A stretch of DNA of 32,000 nucleotides from Cylindrospermopsis raciborskii Cr2010 (GTDB taxonomy: Bacteria > Cyanobacteriota > Cyanobacteriia > Cyanobacteriales > Nostocaceae). Every line of letters starts with the position of its first letter. Position 1 is the stretch's first letter. The notes beneath the pieces are model-generated. The model had not been told where the DNA came from. It ran no database searches and worked only from the letters and a program-made list of their open reading frames with translations. The stretch lies in the NCBI RefSeq assembly GCF_003367075.2, contig NZ_CP065936.1, positions 360,001 through 392,000 on the forward strand. The letters run 5' to 3'. Below, piece after piece: positions 8,970-16,468 of the stretch. The translations under genes were made by a program, and so were the position numbers.

Positions 8970-10172
8970 ATGTCCAAAAATAAAATCCGATTTGCACAAC
9001 GTTTACAACCTTTACAGTCTAATGTATTTTCGGATATGGATACAGCTAAGTCTTTAGCTATAGCTGCGGGACAAAAGTTAATTGATTTATCCCTAGGATC
9101 TTCTGATTTACCAGCAGAAAATCATGTGATCCAGGCGATCGCCCAGTCCCTGCATGATCCTGGAACTCACGGTTATTTACTGTTTAAAGGTACTCAAAGA
9201 TTCCGTCAAGTAGCAGCTGAGTGGTATGAACAGAAGTTTGGTATTCCCATAGACCCAGAAACAGAGGTTTTACCATTAATTGGCTCCCAGGAAGGAACTG
9301 CGCATTTACCCCTAGCAATTCTTAATCCTGGAGATTTTGCCCTATTGTTGGATCCGGGTTATCCTTCCCACGCGGGTGGAGTGTATTTAGCTAGTGGGCA
9401 AATCTATCCCATACCATTAACGCCAACAAATAACTTTTTACCCGTACTAACTGATATTCCCCCAGCAATTGTCAGTCAGTCTAAAATGATGGTTCTAAGT
9501 TATCCTCACAATCCCACAGGTGCGATCGCCCCTTTATCCTTTTTTAAGGAGGCTGTGGAATTTTGTCAACAGCATAATATTGTCCTAGTACATGATTTTC
9601 CCTATGTGGATTTAGTCTTTACCCAGGGAGAAACAAATGATTCCCAATCTTTAGCTCCTTCAATTTTCCAAGCAGATCCAGAGAAAACCATCAGTATAGA
9701 ATTCTTTACCTTATCTAAATCCTATAGTATGGGTGGTTTCCGCATTGGTTATGCCATTGGAAATGCTCAATTAATTCAAGCTTTAAAGCAAATAAAGTCG
9801 AGTATAGATTTCAATCAATATTTAGGCATTTTAAATGGAGCGATCGCCGCCTTAACTGGTGACCAAGAAAGTGTTAAAAAAACGGTTGACATTTTTCGGC
9901 AAAGGCGAGATGGATTTATCAAAAGTCTACATAATAAGGGCTGGGAAGTAGAGATTCCAAAAGCCACCATGTATATTTGGGCAAAACTACCTAACAGATG
10001 GAGTAACAATTCAATTAAATTTTGTACGGAATTAGTACAAGCAACAGGGGTAGCTGTTGCTCCTGGGGTAGGGTTTGGTCGAGGTGGGGAAGGATATGTA
10101 CGTTTTGCATTAGTGCAAGAAATGGATATATTGGAGAATGCAGTAGAGAAGATTGCCAACTTTTTAATGTAG
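8970..10172 (+). CDS. Pyridoxal-phosphate-dependent aminotransferase, class I/II
   Basis: The ATG at 8970 (MSKNKIRFAQRL) is preferred over the TTG at 8943. Motifs are GSQEG, YPHNPTG, the PLP-lysine motif LSKSYSMGGFRIGY, and the C-terminal GYVRFAL. Substrate specificity cannot be read from sequence alone. Confidence 0.85.
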   Translation: MSKNKIRFAQRLQPLQSNVFSDMDTAKSLAIAAGQKLIDLSLGSSDLPAENHVIQAIAQSLHDPGTHGYLLFKGTQRFRQVAAEWYEQKFGIPIDPETEVLPLIGSQEGTAHLPLAILNPGDFALLLDPGYPSHAGGVYLASGQIYPIPLTPTNNFLPVLTDIPPAIVSQSKMMVLSYPHNPTGAIAPLSFFKEAVEFCQQHNIVLVHDFPYVDLVFTQGETNDSQSLAPSIFQADPEKTISIEFFTLSKSYSMGGFRIGYAIGNAQLIQALKQIKSSIDFNQYLGILNGAIAALTGDQESVKKTVDIFRQRRDGFIKSLHNKGWEVEIPKATMYIWAKLPNRWSNNSIKFCTELVQATGVAVAPGVGFGRGGEGYVRFALVQEMDILENAVEKIANFLM

Positions 10173-10814
10173 TTTCGCCACCATTTCAGCACGAGCAGAA
10201 ACACCCAACTTTTTAAACATTCTTTTAAGTGACTGCTTAACCGTGTTTTGACTAATCCAAAGTTGGCTGGCAATTTCCCCATTTGTTAACCCCTGAGCAA
10301 CTAATTTGGCAATTTCTAACTCCCTAGCAGTTAGAGGACATTCAGTAATGGGTTTAACCATATTCCACTTAGCTTGGAGAGTGGCGATTTTTGCTGATAA
10401 ATGGATACATAAAGCACTTAAATCAGCCAAATCATTATTGTTAAAGGGAGGACTACCAGGATCTCGGGCAAAATTAAGAGTTCCCACCAGTCTACCATCA
10501 CAAACTATGGGGCCTGTCATCACGTGTTCATGGCGAGTACAAAAATTTTTCCAGTCTTCTGGAGCCAAGACTAACAGTTCATGGGTAGGTGCATGACGTT
10601 CTACAACATAACTTCCTACAGGATTGGCCTCCAAACAAACCGCAGGAATTTCTGGAATTTCCATTCCCGTCAAGAACTGGTGTTCTCTAAAGGAAATACC
10701 CCAATGGTGCACACCAAAATGTAAGCTGATAGTTTCCATAAGAGCTTGTTGTAATTCCTGCTCAGTTTCAACATGGGCTATTGCTTCAAAAATAGAGTGG
10801 AGTGTTTTAGCCAT
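10164..10814 (-). CDS. LuxR-family transcriptional regulator with an N-terminal sensor-like domain
   Basis: The C-terminal HTH is LTARELEIAKLVAQGLTNGEIASQLWISQNTVKQSLKRMFKKLGV (LuxR/GerE type). The N-terminal ~145 aa may be GAF-like, but this is unverified. The 3' end overlaps the aminotransferase 3' end by 9 nt. Confidence 0.8.
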   Translation of the reverse strand: MAKTLHSIFEAIAHVETEQELQQALMETISLHFGVHHWGISFREHQFLTGMEIPEIPAVCLEANPVGSYVVERHAPTHELLVLAPEDWKNFCTRHEHVMTGPIVCDGRLVGTLNFARDPGSPPFNNNDLADLSALCIHLSAKIATLQAKWNMVKPITECPLTARELEIAKLVAQGLTNGEIASQLWISQNTVKQSLKRMFKKLGVSARAEMVAKLH

Positions 10815-10910
10815 AAAAGTACCCAGTTGGGGACTATGCGAACCTAAAGATTAACTATATTCTAATATTATAAATCACAAAAAGCTATTATCAGCCAGAG
10901 GACAAGCATC

Positions 10911-11555
10911 ATGACAGTCACTCAAATCTCTGCCCAAGAACTTTTCCGGGCTGCATATCAAAATCGTTATACCTGGGATGAAAATTTCCCCGGTTACACA
11001 GCAGATATCACTTATAAATATGAGGGTCAGGAATTCACTGGCAAAATTCGTATTGATGCCAATTTCAAATGGGAAGTTACCCAAGTAGAAGATGAAGCTG
11101 CCAAAAAGGCAATTGACAGTCAAACTTGGGAAATTGCTGTCCATCGCGTAAGGCGCACGTTTGCCCAAACACATGGAGAAAATACCTTTACCTATGGTGG
11201 GAAGGATTCCAGTGGTGCGGTAGAAATTATTGTTGGCGGAAAATCAGCTGGTGATAAATATAAAGTTCGCAATGATGTAGTTACTCTTGTTCACCGTCAT
11301 ATTCATGGAGTTGTTGTGACTATTAACACTTTCAGTATTCACGAAATGGAAGCGGGATATCTATCTCATACTTATGATTCTGTGTATCACGATCCCAAGA
11401 CTGGAGAGCAAAAAGGTGGTCGTAGTGAGTTCACGGATGAATATGAAAAAGTAGGCAATTATTACATTCTCAACCGTCGAGAAATCCGCACAGAAACCCC
11501 AGCAGGTATGTCAATTCAAGAATTTGTTTTCGCTAATCTGGAGTTACTGGGTTAG
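10911..11555 (+). CDS. Conserved hypothetical protein (DUF3386-like)
   Basis: A clean 214-aa ORF with no TM segments. The N-terminal AQELFRAAYQNRYTWDENFPGY resembles my memory of the cyanobacterial/plastid-lineage DUF3386 family. The family name is not verified. Confidence 0.55.
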   Translation: MTVTQISAQELFRAAYQNRYTWDENFPGYTADITYKYEGQEFTGKIRIDANFKWEVTQVEDEAAKKAIDSQTWEIAVHRVRRTFAQTHGENTFTYGGKDSSGAVEIIVGGKSAGDKYKVRNDVVTLVHRHIHGVVVTINTFSIHEMEAGYLSHTYDSVYHDPKTGEQKGGRSEFTDEYEKVGNYYILNRREIRTETPAGMSIQEFVFANLELLG

Positions 11556-11600
11556 ACGGGAATTTATGAGCTTGTGGCCGTGGTAAATTGCGGCCCACCC

Positions 11601-12503
11601 CTATCCTACCCTTTGAGAATCTAAATATTTAGATAATAAACCAATAAAAACTCCGGGGGTTTCTAAATGGGGTAAAATGCCTGTATCAAGCACCTGCTGA
11701 AAATCTTTAATTGCCATTTTATTTAAACTGGCTAATCTCCTCCCTAAACTAACATTAGTAAACTGGGCCTGTTCACCCCAAAAAAATATGGTAGGCACTT
11801 GTAATTGAGGAATATATAAACTCAGATCAAAATAAAGATTCCCCTTCAAGAATGACAAGGCTGAATATTTACCATCTCTCTTTTGTGCAGAAGTTAAATA
11901 GGCCTGCACTATCTCTTGTGACAATCTTTGTGATTTGACAAATAGGAAGTTCTGTAGAAAATTGGTTACAGCTAGTTCATTTTCTGCGCCCAACCCATAA
12001 ATCAAACTGTCAACAAAGGGTAAGTTAATCACTGGAAGCGGTAATCTCCTACTCGCACCTTGACCAAAATCATTAAAACCCGCAGGACAAACTAAAAATA
12101 ACTGCTCAAAGGTTTGTGGTTCGGAAATGGCAATGCGAATCATCAAAGCTGCTGTTAAAGACGAAGCAACTACTGTTACAGTATCCGCACAAGTCTGGTG
12201 AATAAACTCCCTAATGGTGGTCAAATAATCAACTATTTGATAGTCTCTGACAGGATGATCGGAATCTCCCCAACCAATTAAATCTGGTGCCAAAATGCGA
12301 TATTTATGGGCAAAAGCTGGATAAACCTTAGACCATTCAAAAGCAGAAGCACCACCGCCAAAGTTGTGCAAAAATAGTAAGGGTGGTAATTTGTCAATTC
12401 CCCCAATATCCCAGGGTTCACTGGTCTGGGTATAGTAGACCATACTACCCAAAGAGGTGTCAACTTGTTTTTTACCAAAGCCACACGGATGGAATTCTAA
12501 CAT
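11601..12503 (-). CDS. Alpha/beta-fold hydrolase
   Basis: 300 aa. It has an oxyanion-region LLFLHNFGGGAS, a nucleophile-elbow position VVASSLTAA (variant of GxSxG), and a C-terminal GILPHLETP (His loop). Confidence 0.8.
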   Translation of the reverse strand: MLEFHPCGFGKKQVDTSLGSMVYYTQTSEPWDIGGIDKLPPLLFLHNFGGGASAFEWSKVYPAFAHKYRILAPDLIGWGDSDHPVRDYQIVDYLTTIREFIHQTCADTVTVVASSLTAALMIRIAISEPQTFEQLFLVCPAGFNDFGQGASRRLPLPVINLPFVDSLIYGLGAENELAVTNFLQNFLFVKSQRLSQEIVQAYLTSAQKRDGKYSALSFLKGNLYFDLSLYIPQLQVPTIFFWGEQAQFTNVSLGRRLASLNKMAIKDFQQVLDTGILPHLETPGVFIGLLSKYLDSQRVG

Positions 12504-12522
12504 AGACCGTTATCTCCCAAAA

Positions 12523-13071
12523 TTAGTATCGACCAATAGGTACAAGTTGATGCAGGTTCTCACCATGAATATGGTAAGCTGCACCAAAGCCAATTACAAA
12601 TCTTCCTCTCGTTGGAGTCAGCTGAAAAACTCGAAAATCAGCCAATCCTTTCAAAACCTCTATAATTGTGCCAAATCTTGCCTGAAATTGATCGACTATT
12701 TCTTGCCATTTGCTCGATTCTCTTTCCAGTAAACTGGCTCTACAATCAAAATTTAAACGCCGACGGGCGAAAATATTAGTACTTTCACCCTCATCCTCAA
12801 TAAATAAAACACTCACATCTGGACGAGACTCAATATTAATAGTATGAATGGATAAACCACTTACATATATGTAAATGTTTTTTAATTCATCCATAACAAA
12901 GGGAGCATAGCTAGCATTAGGAATCCCCTGGTCACTAACCGTAGCAATTATGATGCTAGAAAATTGCTGATGAAAGTCCTCATAGTCAGATTGAATTTTT
13001 GCCCAATCGCTCATAGATGTAGTCCTATCTATACTATTTATATGGGAGAAGAAATTGCCCGATTCCTGCAA
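12523..13071 (-). CDS. HugZ / pyridoxamine-5'-phosphate-oxidase-like (split-barrel) protein
   Basis: TVSDQGIPNASYAPFV...IYIYVSGLSIHTINI and the C-terminal DFRVFQLTPTRGRFVIGFGAAYHI fit the HugZ/HutZ-type PNPOx fold. The start may instead be the ATG at 13014 (MSDWAKIQ). It ends 19 nt upstream of the hydrolase gene on the same strand. Confidence 0.7.
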   Translation of the reverse strand: MQESGNFFSHINSIDRTTSMSDWAKIQSDYEDFHQQFSSIIIATVSDQGIPNASYAPFVMDELKNIYIYVSGLSIHTINIESRPDVSVLFIEDEGESTNIFARRRLNFDCRASLLERESSKWQEIVDQFQARFGTIIEVLKGLADFRVFQLTPTRGRFVIGFGAAYHIHGENLHQLVPIGRY

Positions 13072-13157
13072 GAGTAATCTAAAGTTGCCATCGGAAAGAT
13101 CATGTAGTATGATACGGTATAAAGTATATAATACAGATAATAGAGTTGTTAATCATT

Positions 13158-14651
13158 ATGAATGACAAAAAATCTAATCAATGGGATTTGTGTAGATTCC
13201 TTAAAACCCTTACTTATTTTGAGGTATTTCCCCTCCTGAACTGGATACAAAACATTCTACAAAATCGTCCTACAAACCAACAAGATCAACCAACAGGGAG
13301 AATACAAATGGGTGTAATTTTGGTAGCGGGTGCAACAGGTGGTGTAGGTAAAAGGGTGGTAAAAAAATTATTAACCCAAGGTTATAGGGTACGCTGTTTG
13401 GTCAGAGATATAGAGAAAGCAAGGGAAATTTTGGGCAATGAAGCAGATCTGGTGGTGGGAAATATTACAAAACCAGAAAGTCTCAATGATTTAGTTATGA
13501 GTAATATTCAAGGTGTAGTTTGCTGTACAGCAGTGCGAGTACAACCGGTGGAGGGAGACACACCAGATAGGGCAAAATATAATCAGGGGGTGAAATTCTA
13601 TCAACCAGAAATAGTAGGAGACACACCAGAAAATGTAGAATATAAAGGGGTGAAAAATTTAATATTAGCTGCCAAAAGATATTTACCAACCACCGGAGAA
13701 AAAATCATCTTTGATTTTACTCAACCATCATCAGATATCAAAAATATTTGGGGCGCCTTAGATGATGTGGTCATGGGTGGAGTTAGTTCCAGTAATTTTT
13801 ACATATTAGAGAAAAGTGCAGTCTTTAATGGCAATGTTTCCACGGCAAATTCGGGAGGTTTTGCTTCCGTAAGAACTAAAAACTTTTCCCCTGCAATTAA
13901 CCTATCCGGTTTTACGGGGATCAGATTAAGAGTTAAAGGTGATGGACAACGTTATAAAATACTTTTAAGAACAGAAACAACCTGGGATGGCATAGGTTAT
14001 AGCTACTCCTTCGATACCATAGCAAATACATGGATAGATGTTAACATTCCCTTTGTCAATTTAGTGCCGGTTTTTAGGGCCAAAACCGTAAAAGACTGTC
14101 CCAAAATCGATGAAAGTAAAATTTGTTCCGTGCAATTAATGTTAAGTAAGTTTGAATATGATGGTGGGTTAAATCCTAAATTTACCCCCGGTGCATTTAC
14201 CCTAGAATTAGAATCCATTCAGGCCTATGGTGGTGAAGGTGTATCCCAATTCGTATTGGTTAGTTCTGCAGGTGTAACCCGTCCAGGGAGACCGGGAATT
14301 AATTTAGAAGAAGAGCCACCCGCAGTGAGATTAAATGACCAATTAGGAGGAATTTTAACCTGGAAGTTAAAAGGAGAAGATAGTTTAAGAGACAGCCAAA
14401 TACCTTATACAATTATTAGACCCTGTGCTTTAACAGAAGACAGGGGAGGAAAAGAATTAATAGTAGACCAGGGTGATAATATTCGCGGTAAAATTAGTCG
14501 AGATGATGTGGCAGAAATTTGCCTTCAATCATTACAACAACCACAAGCCAAAAATATTACCTTTGAGGTAAAACAGGGCGAAAATAATGTTGTCTCTCTC
14601 AACTGGAGACAGTTGTTCTCCCAATTACAACCGGACAAGACTAGTCGCTAA
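13158..14651 (+). CDS. NAD(P)-binding Rossmann protein with an inserted CIA30 (complex I intermediate-associated 30) domain
   Basis: The Rossmann motif is ILVAGATGGVGKRVVKKL. The central DDVVMGGVSSS...GGFASVRT...RLRVKGDGQRYK matches the CIA30 pattern, and the SDR-like fold resumes at FVLVSSAGVTRPG. The ATG at 13158 is preferred over the TTG at 13146. Confidence 0.8.
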   Translation: MNDKKSNQWDLCRFLKTLTYFEVFPLLNWIQNILQNRPTNQQDQPTGRIQMGVILVAGATGGVGKRVVKKLLTQGYRVRCLVRDIEKAREILGNEADLVVGNITKPESLNDLVMSNIQGVVCCTAVRVQPVEGDTPDRAKYNQGVKFYQPEIVGDTPENVEYKGVKNLILAAKRYLPTTGEKIIFDFTQPSSDIKNIWGALDDVVMGGVSSSNFYILEKSAVFNGNVSTANSGGFASVRTKNFSPAINLSGFTGIRLRVKGDGQRYKILLRTETTWDGIGYSYSFDTIANTWIDVNIPFVNLVPVFRAKTVKDCPKIDESKICSVQLMLSKFEYDGGLNPKFTPGAFTLELESIQAYGGEGVSQFVLVSSAGVTRPGRPGINLEEEPPAVRLNDQLGGILTWKLKGEDSLRDSQIPYTIIRPCALTEDRGGKELIVDQGDNIRGKISRDDVAEICLQSLQQPQAKNITFEVKQGENNVVSLNWRQLFSQLQPDKTSR

Positions 14652-14792
14652 TAATATGCTATTTGTGGTTGATGGGACTCAGTATAGGGCGATCGCTCAA
14701 TAATTACAGCGACCAAAGCTGTCTATTGTGTTGATTTTTTGTTAAAAATGGTTTATATATAAACCGGATTCGAGATCAGGACGACTTATAGA

Positions 14793-15782
14793 ATGACCTC
14801 CGAACAGACAATTAGACGTTCCGATATATTAAATACCCAAGTCATCACCCGCGATAACGGCAAAAGGTTAGGTATCGTGAGTCAGGTGTGGGTAGACATT
14901 GACCAAAGAGAGGTTGTGGCCTTTGGATTACGAGATAGCCTGATTTCTATTTCTAGTCTACCTCGCCAAATGTATCTCAGTAGTATCAACCAGATCGGTG
15001 ATGTGATTTTGGTTGATAATGAAGATGTCATTGAGGAGATTGACGTAGAAGCTCTCAGTAACTTGATTAACTGGGAAGTGATTACAGAAACTGGAGAAGT
15101 ATTAGGTAGGGTAAGAAGCTTTAAGTTCAATGGTGAAAGTGGTAAAATATCCTCTATAGTTATCGCTTCCCTGGGATTACCCCAAATTCCAGAACAACTG
15201 TTAAGTACCTACGAAATTTCTATAGATGAAGTAGTCAGCACCGGGCCCAATAGACTGATTGTATTTGAGGGTGCGGAAGAAAGAGTTAACCAGTTGAGCG
15301 TGGGAGTTTTAGAACGTTTAGGTATTGGTAAAGCACCCTGGGAAAGAGACTCGGAGGAGGAATATGGTTATTCTGCACCGCGAGCTGTTTCTCCTGCTAA
15401 CCAATTACCTAGTGGAGTACCGTTGGAACCACCTAAACCTAAGATTCGCACTCCCCAACCGATAGCGCGAGAACAAGAAGAGTGGAGTCCAGACTATGTA
15501 GAAGAGGAAATCAGACCTCAGCGCGAGGTTATGCAAGCCCGTGCCTACGAGTCTATACAATACGAGGAGGAAGAAGATAATTGGAGCGAAACAACTGACA
15601 AAGACGCCTATCAAACACCAGCTAGTCCAAAACCCACATCCCAACCTTACAGTAAAACCTATGGTCAACAGTATGAGGATGATGAGGACTTAGAAGGTGA
15701 TGCTTGGTTAGATGTACCTAAACCGGTGAACATTCCCAAGAAGGTTAAGGAAAAACAGGTGGAATACGAGGAAGAAAGCTGA
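14793..15782 (+). CDS. PRC-barrel domain protein with an acidic Glu/Tyr/Pro-rich tail
   Basis: There are two PRC-barrel-like segments (ILNTQVITRDNGKRLGIVSQVWVDIDQREVVAFGL and LINWEVITETGEVLGRVRSFKFNGESGKISSIVI). About 140 aa of acidic low-complexity tail follow. Confidence 0.75.
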   Translation: MTSEQTIRRSDILNTQVITRDNGKRLGIVSQVWVDIDQREVVAFGLRDSLISISSLPRQMYLSSINQIGDVILVDNEDVIEEIDVEALSNLINWEVITETGEVLGRVRSFKFNGESGKISSIVIASLGLPQIPEQLLSTYEISIDEVVSTGPNRLIVFEGAEERVNQLSVGVLERLGIGKAPWERDSEEEYGYSAPRAVSPANQLPSGVPLEPPKPKIRTPQPIAREQEEWSPDYVEEEIRPQREVMQARAYESIQYEEEEDNWSETTDKDAYQTPASPKPTSQPYSKTYGQQYEDDEDLEGDAWLDVPKPVNIPKKVKEKQVEYEEES

Positions 15783-15803
15783 CCAAAAGAATGGGAGACA
15801 AGC

Positions 15804-15821
15804 TCCGTCCTTATGGACGGA
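15804..15821. terminator. 7-bp stem hairpin between convergent genes (possible bidirectional terminator)
   Basis: TCCGTCC-TTAT-GGACGGA. The stop codon of the minus-strand gene (15811-15813) lies in the loop. T-rich sequence follows on both strands (TTCTCTTGTT on plus, TTCTTTTGG on minus). Confidence 0.35.
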
Positions 15822-16407
15822 TTCTCTTGTTCGCTGAAACTACAGAGTTTGCCATTTTTACTAAATCGCTTAAACTGCCCGCTTTTAATCCAATAGTGTA
15901 CTGCACTCCTTTTTCTCTCCATGTCAGGTTAGCATCGGAGCAGTTAGCACCACATTTAAAATCTTCAAAATAAGCTTTTTTGTTATTGTTTAGGTTTACT
16001 TCTTTTCCTACAGGTTTGGGGGTATTACTACTAACTAGCTCTGCACTAATAGCACCAAAACGACAAGCTGTTCCCCCACTACAATCGGGAGTGAATCCTA
16101 GTAGGATTTGGTATTTGTTTTTGGTTACCGTTTCCACAATTGAGTAAAGTGGGGGCTCATTTTTCCCAATGGGAATATGGGTTGGTAATAGAATATTGAT
16201 TTGGGTGGTTTTCTTTAATTTAGATAGAATTGGTTGAAAAACCGGATTAACCTGGGATTTTTTGCCCTGAATTGGCTGTTTTGCTATTATCTGGTGCTGG
16301 TAGATTCCTAGTGCTGGGGTGACTGTGATAAGGTTAGTACCGGTGAGCAGTACAAACACGGTACATAATGGACTAATATGCTTGATTGGAAATTTGGAAT
16401 TCATCAT
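15811..16407 (-). CDS. Secreted hypothetical protein (signal peptide, four Cys)
   Basis: 198 aa. The N-terminal hydrophobic segment is ISPLCTVFVLLTGTNLITVTPALG. The mature part has CSGGTAC and CGANC pairs. It starts 61 nt downstream of the Hsp70-like gene on the same strand. Confidence 0.6.
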   Translation of the reverse strand: MMNSKFPIKHISPLCTVFVLLTGTNLITVTPALGIYQHQIIAKQPIQGKKSQVNPVFQPILSKLKKTTQINILLPTHIPIGKNEPPLYSIVETVTKNKYQILLGFTPDCSGGTACRFGAISAELVSSNTPKPVGKEVNLNNNKKAYFEDFKCGANCSDANLTWREKGVQYTIGLKAGSLSDLVKMANSVVSANKRIRP

Positions 16408-16468
16408 GGTTATTATGTCTATACTCTACTGAATCTTTTGTTGATGTGGAGAAGTCAATGTTATAGTT

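Noticed and set aside
10875-11174. 99-aa minus-strand ORF overlapping the start of the DUF3386-like gene
   Set aside because: It overlaps a longer, better-behaved plus-strand ORF and has a Cys/Phe-rich nonsense-like composition.
11601-12503. The alpha/beta hydrolase as a catalytically dead pseudo-enzyme, because GxSxG reads ASSLT
   Set aside because: A Ser is still present at the nucleophile position and the C-terminal His loop (LPHLETP) is retained. Variant elbows with small residues are known, so there is not enough evidence for loss of activity.
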